Positions 54,442 through 63,028 of a DNA stretch of 64,000 nt are shown here, piece after piece. The stretch covers positions 38,418 through 102,417 of the forward strand of contig CAWELN010000011.1 of assembly GCA_963809795.1 (NCBI GenBank). The letters are read 5' to 3'. How positions within the stretch are numbered: the first letter of the stretch is position 1; every line of letters begins with the position of its first letter. A program made the translations under genes and the position numbers. The notes beneath the pieces are model-generated. The model was not told the DNA's origin. It made no database searches and saw only the letters and a list, made by a program, of their open reading frames with translations. The stretch comes from an uncultured Actinomycetes bacterium. GTDB lineage: Bacteria; Actinomycetota; Acidimicrobiia; IMCC26256; DASPTH01.

Positions 54442-55716
54442 ATGCAGCTCGACGACCTGATCCTCGTCAGCATCGACGACCACGTCGTCGAACCGCCGGA
54501 CATGTTCGAGCGTCATGCGCCGGCCAGGTACCGCGACCGGGTCCCGCACGTCGAGATGAGCGACGACGGCACCGAGAAGTGGTTGTTCGAGGGCCAGACC
54601 GTCGGGTCGATGGGCCTGAACGCGGTGGTCACGTGGCCCAAGGAGGAGTGGGGCTTCGACCCGGTCGGGTTCGCGGAGATGCGCCCGGGCGCGTACGACA
54701 TCCACGAACGCGTGCGCGACATGAACCGCAACGGCGTGCTCGCGTCGATGTGCTTCCCGACCTTCGCCGGGTTCGCGGGCGGCATGTTCCAGGAGGCGCA
54801 GGACAAGGACCTCGCGCTCGCCACCGTCCAGGCGTACAACGACTGGCACATCGACGAGTGGTGCGCGGCGTACCCCGACCGGTTCATCCCGCTCGCCATC
54901 CCGCCGGTCTGGGACCCGCAGCTGATCGCCGACGAGGTACGCCGGGTCGCGGCGAAGGGTTGCCGCGCCATCACCATGCCGGAGTTGCCGCACATCCAGG
55001 GCCTGCCCAGCTACATCGACCTCGACTATTGGGCCCCGTTCTTCCGCGCGGTGTCGGAGGAAGGTGTCGTGATGTGCCTGCACATCGGGCAGGGCTTCAA
55101 CGCCATCAAGAGCGCGCCCGACGCGCCCATCGACAACCTCATCATCCTCGCGACCCAGGTGTCGGCCCTCGCCGCACAAGACCTGTTGTGGGGTGGTGCG
55201 ATGCACAACTATCCCGACCTCAAGGTCGCGTGGTCGGAGGCCGGGATCGGCTGGATCCCCTTCTACCTCGACCGCTGCGATCGCCACTACACGAACCAGC
55301 GGTGGCTGGGTCACGACTTCGGCGACAAGATGCCGAGCGACATCTTCCGCGAGCACTCGCTGGCCTGTTACGTCACCGATCCCGTCTCGCTGAAGGTGCG
55401 CCACGACATCGGGATCGACATCATCGCGTGGGAGTGCGACTACCCCCACTCCGATTCGATCTGGCCCGACGCACCCGAAGTGGTGCTGTCGGAGCTGGAC
55501 AACGCCGGTGCCTCCGACGAGGACATCCACAAGATCACGTGGGAGAACTCGTGCCGGCACTTCGACTACGACCCGTTCAAGCACATCGACCGCAAGGATT
55601 CGACCGTCGGCGCGCTGCGGGCGCAGGCGCCCGACGTCGACATCTCGACGAAGTCGCGTGCTGAGTGGCGCAAGCTGTACGAGGCGCGCGAGACCGCCGC
55701 GCACGCAGTCGGGTAG
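54442..55716 (+). CDS. amidohydrolase_2 family metal-dependent hydrolase/decarboxylase (paralog 3 of 3)
   Basis: DDLILVSIDDHVVEP, YNDWHIDEW, CLHIGQG, WECDYPHSDS. 424 aa. Confidence 0.82.
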   Translation: MQLDDLILVSIDDHVVEPPDMFERHAPARYRDRVPHVEMSDDGTEKWLFEGQTVGSMGLNAVVTWPKEEWGFDPVGFAEMRPGAYDIHERVRDMNRNGVLASMCFPTFAGFAGGMFQEAQDKDLALATVQAYNDWHIDEWCAAYPDRFIPLAIPPVWDPQLIADEVRRVAAKGCRAITMPELPHIQGLPSYIDLDYWAPFFRAVSEEGVVMCLHIGQGFNAIKSAPDAPIDNLIILATQVSALAAQDLLWGGAMHNYPDLKVAWSEAGIGWIPFYLDRCDRHYTNQRWLGHDFGDKMPSDIFREHSLACYVTDPVSLKVRHDIGIDIIAWECDYPHSDSIWPDAPEVVLSELDNAGASDEDIHKITWENSCRHFDYDPFKHIDRKDSTVGALRAQAPDVDISTKSRAEWRKLYEARETAAHAVG

Positions 55717-55769
55717 CGCGCTTCCCGCCGTCCACGACCGCGATGGCGCGGCCAGGACTCAGACGGTGG

Positions 55770-56927
55770 TTACGGAAGTGGTGCGCCGAGTTGGGCTCCT
55801 ACGAGGCCGATGGCAGCCGCGAGCAACAGGGTGGCCACGACGCCGCGTCGAACGGCGAGGAGTAGGACGGCCGCGGCGGCGAGCACGCCGAACTGCCACG
55901 CCTCCTGGAGCGCGAGCGCGAGTGGGATCGCCACACCGATGATGGCTCCGATCGCGGCGGGTCCGGCTCCGTCGAGGAATGCCCGGACGCTCGTGTTGTG
56001 TCGGAGCGAGTCGAAGTGTCGGGCACCGAAGAGCACGAAGAGGAACGAGGGCGAGAACGCGATGAGGGCGGCGAGGAGTCCGCCCGCGACGCCTGCGGCC
56101 GCGTAGCCGACGACTGCGACGGTGTGCACGACGGGTCCGGGGGTGACTTGACCGAGCGCGACGGCGCTGAGGAACTGGGTGTTGGTCATCCAGTGGTAGT
56201 GGTCCACCGCGTCGTTCTGCATCATGGGAATGATCACGAACCCACCGCCGTACGACAGTGCACCGACCTTGACCGCCGTCCAGGAGAGTGCGAAGAGACC
56301 GCCTGCTGCGGGACCGGCCGCGGCGAGAGCGAATGGCGTCAGATGCAGCCCGAGATGGTGATCACGCCCGAAGCGTCGACATCCCATCTCGACGAAGCCG
56401 CACCCCAGCAGCACGGCCACCAGCCAGGGGCCGACCGACGCCGCGGCCGCGCCCCCGACCACGGCATATGCGATCCATCGCCAGTGCGGCTCCGAGAACC
56501 GCTGCCAACTCGCAGGGATCAGCCCCACCCCGGCGCTGACGGCGACGGCGACCACGGCCGCTCCGGCCCCCGCGGCTGCCCCGAGCACCCAGGTCGGTGG
56601 TGACGCCGCGAGGAACACGCGGGCGAGCCCCAGGATGGCGACGAGACCGGGGACGATGAATGCGAGGCCTCCGACGAAGGCGCCGCTCGCACCAGCCACG
56701 CGCCACGCACAGAAGAGCGCGAGTTGTGTCGAAGCCGGACCGGGGAGCAGGTTGCACGCCGCGATCCCGTCCTCGAACTCGCTCGCCGACAGCCATCGGT
56801 TCTTGGTGACGCACAGCTCGCGCAGGAGCGCGATGTGCGCAGGTGGGCCGCCGAAGCCGATGCAGCCGATGCGTCCCCATTGACGGGCGACCGTCACCAA
56901 CGATGGGCGTGACGGAACGTCGTTCAT
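55770..56927 (-). CDS. chrA: chromate ion transporter (two fused CHR domains)
   Basis: GCIGFGGPPAHIALL...NLLPGPASTQLA in the first half, and GALSYGGGFVIIPMM...GQVTPGPVVHT in the second half. Confidence 0.88.
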   Translation of the reverse strand: MNDVPSRPSLVTVARQWGRIGCIGFGGPPAHIALLRELCVTKNRWLSASEFEDGIAACNLLPGPASTQLALFCAWRVAGASGAFVGGLAFIVPGLVAILGLARVFLAASPPTWVLGAAAGAGAAVVAVAVSAGVGLIPASWQRFSEPHWRWIAYAVVGGAAAASVGPWLVAVLLGCGFVEMGCRRFGRDHHLGLHLTPFALAAAGPAAGGLFALSWTAVKVGALSYGGGFVIIPMMQNDAVDHYHWMTNTQFLSAVALGQVTPGPVVHTVAVVGYAAAGVAGGLLAALIAFSPSFLFVLFGARHFDSLRHNTSVRAFLDGAGPAAIGAIIGVAIPLALALQEAWQFGVLAAAAVLLLAVRRGVVATLLLAAAIGLVGAQLGAPLP

Positions 56928-56960
56928 CGCGTCCCCGTCAGGTTGCTCCTCTGATTCGGG

Positions 56961-57347
56961 TCAGCGTCCGGCCGGCTGGAACAGCTCGACGACATTCCCA
57001 GAAGGGTCGAGGAGGAGAATCTGCTTCCCGCCGGGCCCTTCCACGATGTCGTTGCGGAACGTGGCACCCGCGCCGCGCAGGCGGGCAGCTTCGGTCTCGA
57101 TGTCGTCGACGATGAAGTGGATGCGGTTCCAGCCCCCCGGTCCCGGTTTGGTGCCGTCCGTCATCGGTCGGCCGGCGGAGCTCGCGGGTCCGGCGAGGAG
57201 CAGGCGCAGATTGCCTCGCTTGACGTCTGCGAACGCGGGCGACGCACTGCTCAAGACCTCGAAGCCGAGATGCTCGGTGTAGAACGCGACTGACTCGTCG
57301 ACGTCGTCGACCATGTAGCGAACATTGACTGTCTCATCACTCAGCAT
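56961..57347 (-). CDS. VOC (glyoxalase/bleomycin resistance) family protein
   Basis: VRYMVDDVDESVAFYTEHLGFEV and ILLLDPSGNVVELFQ. Start overlaps the upstream gene end by 11 nt. Confidence 0.8.
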   Translation of the reverse strand: MLSDETVNVRYMVDDVDESVAFYTEHLGFEVLSSASPAFADVKRGNLRLLLAGPASSAGRPMTDGTKPGPGGWNRIHFIVDDIETEAARLRGAGATFRNDIVEGPGGKQILLLDPSGNVVELFQPAGR

Positions 57348-58146
57348 GCGTTGACCTCCTGGTCGCTGATTCGTCCAACAGATGGAGCAGGAACCCGATC
57401 CGCGTCTCGAGCTCCGTGGCGAGGTTCTCGAAGGCCGGCAGGGTGGCCCGATCGTTCGGCCCCTCGAGCGCCGGATCCGGGATGCTCCAGTGGACGAGCT
57501 CCGGGTGCGACGGGAACTCCGGGCACACCTCTCGGAACCGATCGCACAGCGTGATCACGAGGTCAAAGCGCTGCCCGACGAACTCGTCCACATGTTTGGT
57601 GCGGTTCCCGCTGATGTCGATCCCGCGTTTCCTCATGACCCGGACTGCATTCGGATGCAACACCTTCGGATGGCTCCCGGCCGACGCGGCGACGACCGCA
57701 CCCTCCGACATCGACCCGATCAGCGCCTCCGCGATCTGCGACCGCGCGCTGTTCCCGGTGCACAAGAACAAGACCCGCGGCCTTCGACGCCGGGCATCCT
57801 CGGTGCGGCGTCGTGGTGGGAGCGCGGCGGTGAGCCACAGACCGGGATGCAGCGCACCGCCGGCAGCTTGCAGCTGGTCCCGGCAGCCCGCGAGATCGAT
57901 GGTGTAGTAGCTGTCCCGTCCATCGGCTGAGCTGCGACGCGTGCGCACCAGGCCGCACTCGCGCAGACGACTCAGGTGGTACGAGACCAAGCTCTGCCGC
58001 TCGCCGAGGAGCTCGGTCAGCTCACGAACCGCGCGGTCGCTGCGCACGAGCTCGCGCAGCAGGCGCCACCGCAGCGGATTGGCCAGCAGTCGCACGAATG
58101 CCGGTGGGCCGGCAGGGGTTCGGTGTGACCCAACAGTCGCCGGCAC
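57337..58146 (-). CDS. fusion: ArsR/SmtB-type HTH regulator + LMW-PTPase-type (thioredoxin-coupled) arsenate reductase ArsC
   Basis: N-terminal LANPLRWRLLRELVRSDRAVRELTELLGERQSLVSYHLSRLRECGLV. C-terminal VLFLCTGNSARS (CX5R P-loop) plus the TLCDRFREVCP Cys pair spaced as in pI258 ArsC. Confidence 0.85.
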   Translation of the reverse strand: MPATVGSHRTPAGPPAFVRLLANPLRWRLLRELVRSDRAVRELTELLGERQSLVSYHLSRLRECGLVRTRRSSADGRDSYYTIDLAGCRDQLQAAGGALHPGLWLTAALPPRRRTEDARRRRPRVLFLCTGNSARSQIAEALIGSMSEGAVVAASAGSHPKVLHPNAVRVMRKRGIDISGNRTKHVDEFVGQRFDLVITLCDRFREVCPEFPSHPELVHWSIPDPALEGPNDRATLPAFENLATELETRIGFLLHLLDESATRRSTHAE

Positions 58147-58178
58147 GGCTGCGACCCTACCGCCGATCCCTCTATCGC

Positions 58179-58194
58179 ATCAAGCCAGATTGAT
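58179..58194. promoter_or_regulatory. inverted repeat ATCAA-N6-TTGAT upstream of the ArsR-ArsC gene (candidate ArsR operator)
   Basis: ATCAA 58179-58183 and TTGAT 58190-58194, in an AT-richer patch 33-48 nt upstream of the start at 58146. Confidence 0.4.
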
Positions 58195-58215
58195 GTATTT
58201 CGGAGCGCCGCCCCG

Positions 58216-59262
58216 TCAGGCGTCGTGCACCCGCACCACGATCCGGCCGACGGTCTGCCGTCGTTCCATGGCGTCGAGCGCGGTCGGGAGCTCGGAGAAC
58301 GGCACGTCGAGGCCGACGATCGGCCGTACGTCGCCGCGTGAGATGAGGTCGAGGATCTCGGCGTGGAGCGCCTCCGCGTCGGCGCGTGAGAGGAAGTTCG
58401 CACCCGCGGCCTGCTTGACCGCGATCGGGTCGTCGACGTAGGCGAGGCAGACGCCGACGAGTGAGAAGTTGCCGAACAGGATCGGACGCGGCACCAGGCC
58501 ACCCTCGTCCTCGGCCTCGATGCCGGACGCGAACCCCGCGAGCACGTGCCGACCGTTGAACGCCATGCACCCGAAGGTGCGGGTCGTGATCTCACCGCCG
58601 ATGGTGTCGAAGGCGACGTCGACGCCGCGCCCGCCCGTCGCCTCGAGCGCGGCGGCGACGAAGTCGGCCGCGCTGGTGTCGACGGCGACGTCGGCCCCGA
58701 GCTCCTGGGCGCAGAACCGGGCCTTCTCGGGTGAGCTCGCCAACGCGATCACGTGGGCCCCGGCCGCCCGGACCAGCTGCACCGCGGCGGACCCGACCCC
58801 GCCGGCGGCGGCGTGGATCAGCACCGTCTCGCCCGGCTGCACCCCGGCCCGCCGGAAGAGCGACAGCGCGGCGAGGTGGAAGGGCATGAGGACCGCGGCG
58901 GCGTCCGGCAGCGGGACCGACTCGGGCATGGGGAAGGTCATGGTTGCGGGCGCCACCGCCACCTCGGCGTAGCCGCCGTGGGCGCCGCTCGGGATCGCGA
59001 CCACGCGGGTGCCCACCACCGACCCGTCGACGCCGTCGCCGACTGCGACCGCGGTGCCGAGCACCTCCATGCCGGGCACGTACGGGGCGGGGACCGGCAC
59101 CGTGCGGTAGCGCCCGTGGATCCCGTCGATGTCGTTGAAGTTCAGCGTGACCGCGTCGACCCGGACCTGCACCTCACCGGGTCCGGGCGTGGGCTCGTCG
59201 ACCTCGTCGAGGCGCAGGACGTCGCGCGGCGCGCCGTGCTCGACCGCTCGCCAGGCGCGCAC
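58216..59262 (-). CDS. zinc-type alcohol dehydrogenase / quinone oxidoreductase (MDR superfamily)
   Basis: GTG 59262. LNFNDIDGIHGRY, IHAAAGGVGSAAVQL, C-terminal GRIVV. Confidence 0.88.
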   Translation of the reverse strand: MRAWRAVEHGAPRDVLRLDEVDEPTPGPGEVQVRVDAVTLNFNDIDGIHGRYRTVPVPAPYVPGMEVLGTAVAVGDGVDGSVVGTRVVAIPSGAHGGYAEVAVAPATMTFPMPESVPLPDAAAVLMPFHLAALSLFRRAGVQPGETVLIHAAAGGVGSAAVQLVRAAGAHVIALASSPEKARFCAQELGADVAVDTSAADFVAAALEATGGRGVDVAFDTIGGEITTRTFGCMAFNGRHVLAGFASGIEAEDEGGLVPRPILFGNFSLVGVCLAYVDDPIAVKQAAGANFLSRADAEALHAEILDLISRGDVRPIVGLDVPFSELPTALDAMERRQTVGRIVVRVHDA

Positions 59263-59268
59263 GGCCGC

Positions 59269-60492
59269 TCAGGCGGCGGGCTCGAGCGCGAGCGGGAGGT
59301 TGGAGAGCCCCCGCACGTTGCTCGAGTAGGCGCGGACCATCGGCTGGCGGACCTCGTAGTTCGGGTAGCGCGCGAGCAGCTCCTCGAAGGCGATGCGCGT
59401 CTCGAGCCGGGCGAGCGCGGCGCCGATGCACAGGTGGATCCCGAACCCGAAGCCGACGTGGCGTTCGATCTCGCGGTGGATGTCGAAGTACTCGGCGTCG
59501 GGGAAGGCGCGCTCGTCGTGGTTGGCCGCGCCGGTGACGAGGATCACCCGCGAATCGGCGGGGATGGTGACGCCGTGCAGGGTGACGTCGCGTTCGACCC
59601 AGCGCCCCTGGTAGTGCGACGGCGGGTCCCACCGCAGCATCTCCTCGACCGCGTTCGGGATCAACGACGGGTCGGCGACGAGCTCGGCGCGCTGGTCGGG
59701 GTACCACGTGAGCGCGACGACGCCGTTGGCGATCAGCTTGGCGGTGGTCTCGTGCCCGGCGATGGTCATCTCGAGCAGGCGGGACGCGACCTGCGCGTGC
59801 GTGAGCGCGACCTCGTTGCCGTCGTCGTCGGCGACGCGGGCGCCCAGCAGCATCGAGGCGATGTCGTCGCCGAGGTGCTTGGACTTGTCGTCGACGATCT
59901 CGGTGAGGAGCGTCATCATCTCGATCATCGCCAGCTGCGAGTCGTCGGTCGTGTTCCCGAGCTCGTCGGCCTCGGCGCGGTCGAGGATGCGGTCGGAGGT
60001 GCGACGGAGGTCGGCGCGAGTCTCGGGTGGCAGTCCCAGCATCTCGGCGATGACCATCATCGGCAGGTGGGTGGAGAACTCGGCGACGATGTCGATCTCG
60101 CCGCGGTCGCGCGCGCCGTCGAGCACCTCGGCCGCGATGGCACGCACCTTGGGCTCGAGGTCGGCGATGGCGCGCGGGGTGAACAGCCGCGAGACGAGCT
60201 TGCGGTGCCAGTTGTGCCGGGGCTCGTCACTCGTGATGAGGAGGTCCTGGCCCTGGTCGTAGCCCTCGATGGTCACGCCGTGCGAAGACACGAACGTGAC
60301 GGGGTCGAGGTGGGCCTGGAGCACGTCGTCGAAGCGGGACAGCGCGTAGAAGCCGACCTCGGCGTTGTGGTAGACGGGCGCCTCGTCGCGCAGCCAGCGG
60401 TACACCGGGAACGGGTTCGTCTGTGTGTCACGAGCGAACGGGTTGTACTCCACGGTCGTGTCCCCCTGGACGGAATCGGGTGGAGGTGTCAC
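59269..60492 (-). CDS. cytochrome P450
   Basis: 407 aa. AGHETTA (I-helix), EEMLRWDPP (ExxR), and heme loop FGFGIHLCIGAALA. Confidence 0.92.
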   Translation of the reverse strand: MTPPPDSVQGDTTVEYNPFARDTQTNPFPVYRWLRDEAPVYHNAEVGFYALSRFDDVLQAHLDPVTFVSSHGVTIEGYDQGQDLLITSDEPRHNWHRKLVSRLFTPRAIADLEPKVRAIAAEVLDGARDRGEIDIVAEFSTHLPMMVIAEMLGLPPETRADLRRTSDRILDRAEADELGNTTDDSQLAMIEMMTLLTEIVDDKSKHLGDDIASMLLGARVADDDGNEVALTHAQVASRLLEMTIAGHETTAKLIANGVVALTWYPDQRAELVADPSLIPNAVEEMLRWDPPSHYQGRWVERDVTLHGVTIPADSRVILVTGAANHDERAFPDAEYFDIHREIERHVGFGFGIHLCIGAALARLETRIAFEELLARYPNYEVRQPMVRAYSSNVRGLSNLPLALEPAA

Positions 60493-60517
60493 CGTACGTC
60501 ACCCCCGCCCCACCGAA

Positions 60518-60560
60518 CATCCGGCAGTTGACCCCCAATGCGACAGGGAACTGCCGGATG
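60518..60560 (-). terminator. perfect 12-bp stem / 19-nt loop hairpin between the adenosine deaminase and P450 genes
   Basis: CATCCGGCAGTT (60518-60529) and AACTGCCGGATG (60549-60560) are exact reverse complements. It starts 30 nt downstream of the add stop on the minus strand. Only a weak T tract follows (TTCGG). Confidence 0.5.
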
Positions 60561-60589
60561 CTCAGGACGGGTGCGGAGTGCGTGGGCGT

Positions 60590-61594
60590 TCAGGCCGTCG
60601 CGAGCCAGTCGTCGATCCCCAGCCGCGCCGACGACTTGAGCTCGTCGGGCGCGCCCGAACCGTCGATCGAGGCCCGGGCGATCGTCGCCATGGCACTGTC
60701 GTCGAGCCCCATCTCGGTGCGCACGAGCTCGTACTCCGCCAGCAGGCCGGGCCCGAACAGCAGCGGGTCGTCGCCGTTGAGGCTGCACTGGATCCCCGCG
60801 TCGAGCAGCTGGGGGAGCGGGTGCTCGGCGAGCGACGGGTACACCGAGAGCAGCAGGTTCGAGGTGGGGCACACGTCGAGCACGATGTCGCTGTCGGCGA
60901 GGCGTTTCACCAGCTCCGGGTCCTCGATCGCGCGGACCCCGTGCTGGAGCCGGTCGGGGTCGAGGGTGTCGAGCGCGCCGCGCACCGATGCCGGCCCCGC
61001 CAGCTCGCCGGCATGCGGCGTCGAGAGGAGGCCGGCCTCCTTGGCGATGGCGAACGCTTCCGCGTAGGGCTCCGGCGGCCCGATCGCCTCGTCGTTGGCG
61101 AGCCCGAAGGAGACCACGCCCGCGTCGGCGCGGCTGGCGGCGATGCGGGCCTGCTCGACCGCGATCGCCGGTTCGACGGTCCGGTCCGCCGCCACCATCA
61201 CCCCGACGCCCACGCCGAGCTTGTCGGCCGCGGTGGCGGCGGCGTCGAGGACCATGTCGATGATGGCCTCGTCGGTGCCGAAGCGGTCGCGGTGGTGGGG
61301 GGCGTAGAACGACGGCTCCACCCACACCGCTCCATCGAGGACGCCGTCCTCCACCACTTCGTAGACCAGGCGGGCGAAGTCCTCGGGGGTCTGGAGCACC
61401 TGGCAGGCGGCCAGGTAGGTGGCCGAGAACGCGGTGAACGACCCGTAGCCCCGGATCTCGGGCACGGGGATCCCGGCCCGCTCGGCGAGCTCGGAGAGGG
61501 TCGACGGGCGCATCGCGCCCTCGAGATGAACGTGGAGGTGACCCTTCGGGAGCGCGCGGAGGTCGCGGGTCGTGGGAGGCGTCATGGGGAGCAT
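60590..61594 (-). CDS. add: adenosine deaminase family protein
   Basis: LPKGHLHVHLEGA (HxH metal motif), later HAGE, and C-terminal SLNGDDPLLFG. Start ATG 61594 (or 61585). Confidence 0.85.
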   Translation of the reverse strand: MLPMTPPTTRDLRALPKGHLHVHLEGAMRPSTLSELAERAGIPVPEIRGYGSFTAFSATYLAACQVLQTPEDFARLVYEVVEDGVLDGAVWVEPSFYAPHHRDRFGTDEAIIDMVLDAAATAADKLGVGVGVMVAADRTVEPAIAVEQARIAASRADAGVVSFGLANDEAIGPPEPYAEAFAIAKEAGLLSTPHAGELAGPASVRGALDTLDPDRLQHGVRAIEDPELVKRLADSDIVLDVCPTSNLLLSVYPSLAEHPLPQLLDAGIQCSLNGDDPLLFGPGLLAEYELVRTEMGLDDSAMATIARASIDGSGAPDELKSSARLGIDDWLATA

Positions 61595-61682
61595 CGTCGC
61601 GCACGCTCGGCGCCCCGCGGTTCCCGAGGCGCTACGAGACGCTTCCCTCAGGGGCGAGTCTCGGCGATCGAGAAGATCGCCG

Positions 61683-62480
61683 TCAGCGGCGGGCGTTCTT
61701 GACGAAGTCGTCGACGCCGTGATTGGGCGGGAGGCGCTCGCCGCCGTACCACCCGCCACGTACGTGACGCCGGATGGCGCCGTCGCCGTCGTCGGTGGCC
61801 CGGGCGGCGCTGTGCCAGAGATCGGAGTGGTGGAGGAGCACGTCGCCGCGCTCGCAGTAGACCGCCATCTCGCCGGGGACGTGCTCGAAGCCGAGCGGCA
61901 TCTCGTCGGTGCTGCCCCGATGCGAGCCGGGCACGATGCGGAGGAAGCCGTTGCACGGCGACGTGGCATCGACGTGGATGGTGCAGGCGACCGACGGCCA
62001 CACGCGGAGGTTCGGCCCCGACTGCACGTCGGAGTGCCACCCGATGCGGGAATAGCCCGACTGCGCGCCGGGACGGGCGTCCTGGTACACCACGCCGAAG
62101 CGGTCGTCCTCCAGCAGCCACGCCTCCGGCCCGAGCAGGCGCGACATCATGGCGACGAGCGAGGGGTGGTACGCGGCGTCGCGCGTGAGTGGCGACACCT
62201 CGGTGATGTGGCACACGTAGTGCGCGAACGCCTCGCCGTCGATCACCGCGTCGGGGTCGTCGAGGATCACCGTGCCGCAGACCTCGGGCAGCTCGCCGGC
62301 GAGCAGCCGTTGCTGCTGGTGCTCCAGCTCGACCTCGAGGTTGCGCAGGTCCTCGTCGGTGTAGATGCCGCGCATGATCGCGAAGCCGTGTTCGGCGAAG
62401 AACGGCTCGAGCCCGTCGTACTCGGGCGCGACGAAGACGCCGATCTCGCGGGCGAGGGAGCTCCTGGTGGGTGCGGTCAC
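61683..62480 (-). CDS. phytanoyl-CoA dioxygenase (PhyH) family Fe(II)/2OG dioxygenase
   Basis: GTG 62480. WHSDVQ (HxD), NGFLRIVPGSH, LLHHSDLWHSA. Confidence 0.8.
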   Translation of the reverse strand: MTAPTRSSLAREIGVFVAPEYDGLEPFFAEHGFAIMRGIYTDEDLRNLEVELEHQQQRLLAGELPEVCGTVILDDPDAVIDGEAFAHYVCHITEVSPLTRDAAYHPSLVAMMSRLLGPEAWLLEDDRFGVVYQDARPGAQSGYSRIGWHSDVQSGPNLRVWPSVACTIHVDATSPCNGFLRIVPGSHRGSTDEMPLGFEHVPGEMAVYCERGDVLLHHSDLWHSAARATDDGDGAIRRHVRGGWYGGERLPPNHGVDDFVKNARR

Positions 62481-62520
62481 GACGAACTTCCGGAGACGGC
62501 GGTGTCCTCGAGGTCGGGGC

Positions 62521-62880
62521 TCAGACCGGCGCCCGCGACTGGGTGAAGACCTCGACCCGTCGGATGCGGCCGTCGTCGGCGAGCTCGAAGGTGAGGCACT
62601 CGGGGGTGCGGAGTGGGGTGCCGTCGACCGCGACCGTCTCCGCCAGCTCGGCGAACGCCATGTCGTCGCCCGCGTACGTGACGCGCGTGACCTCCATCTC
62701 GTAGCCGGCCAACGTCGGCATCAGCTCGGAGAGGAACGACACGTAGTCGGCCTTGGTCGAGTACGTGTCGCCGTACGGCCCGACGCGCGTGAAGCCGTCG
62801 TCGGCGAGGCACGACGCGAACGTCGTCCAGTCGCCGTCCACCAGGGCCTGCAGGTACCGCTCGATCACACCGTCGCCCAT
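62521..62880 (-). CDS. SnoaL-like/NTF2-fold protein
   Basis: ATG 62880. 119 aa: IERYLQALVDGDWTTFASCLADDGFTRVGPYGDTY... is an NTF2-like pattern. No obvious SD sequence. Confidence 0.65.
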   Translation of the reverse strand: MGDGVIERYLQALVDGDWTTFASCLADDGFTRVGPYGDTYSTKADYVSFLSELMPTLAGYEMEVTRVTYAGDDMAFAELAETVAVDGTPLRTPECLTFELADDGRIRRVEVFTQSRAPV

Positions 62881-62881
62881 T

Positions 62882-62913
62882 CGGGGCAGCGTACGTGCGG
62901 GGCAGCGTACGTG
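62882..62913. repeat. perfect tandem duplication of a 16-mer (CGGGGCAGCGTACGTG x2)
   Basis: Unit at 62882-62897 is repeated exactly at 62898-62913, directly abutting the SnoaL start codon. Each unit contains the palindrome CGTACG. Confidence 0.9.
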
Positions 62914-63028
62914 AGCACGTAAAGGTGCGCGGTACAGCTCACCGGCCCGCGCTTGCGCCGTGAATCCCACCGTGATTACGGTGTCATTCGATGCGCGGAG
63001 GGACGACCGATCGCGGTGGGGGCGCCTG

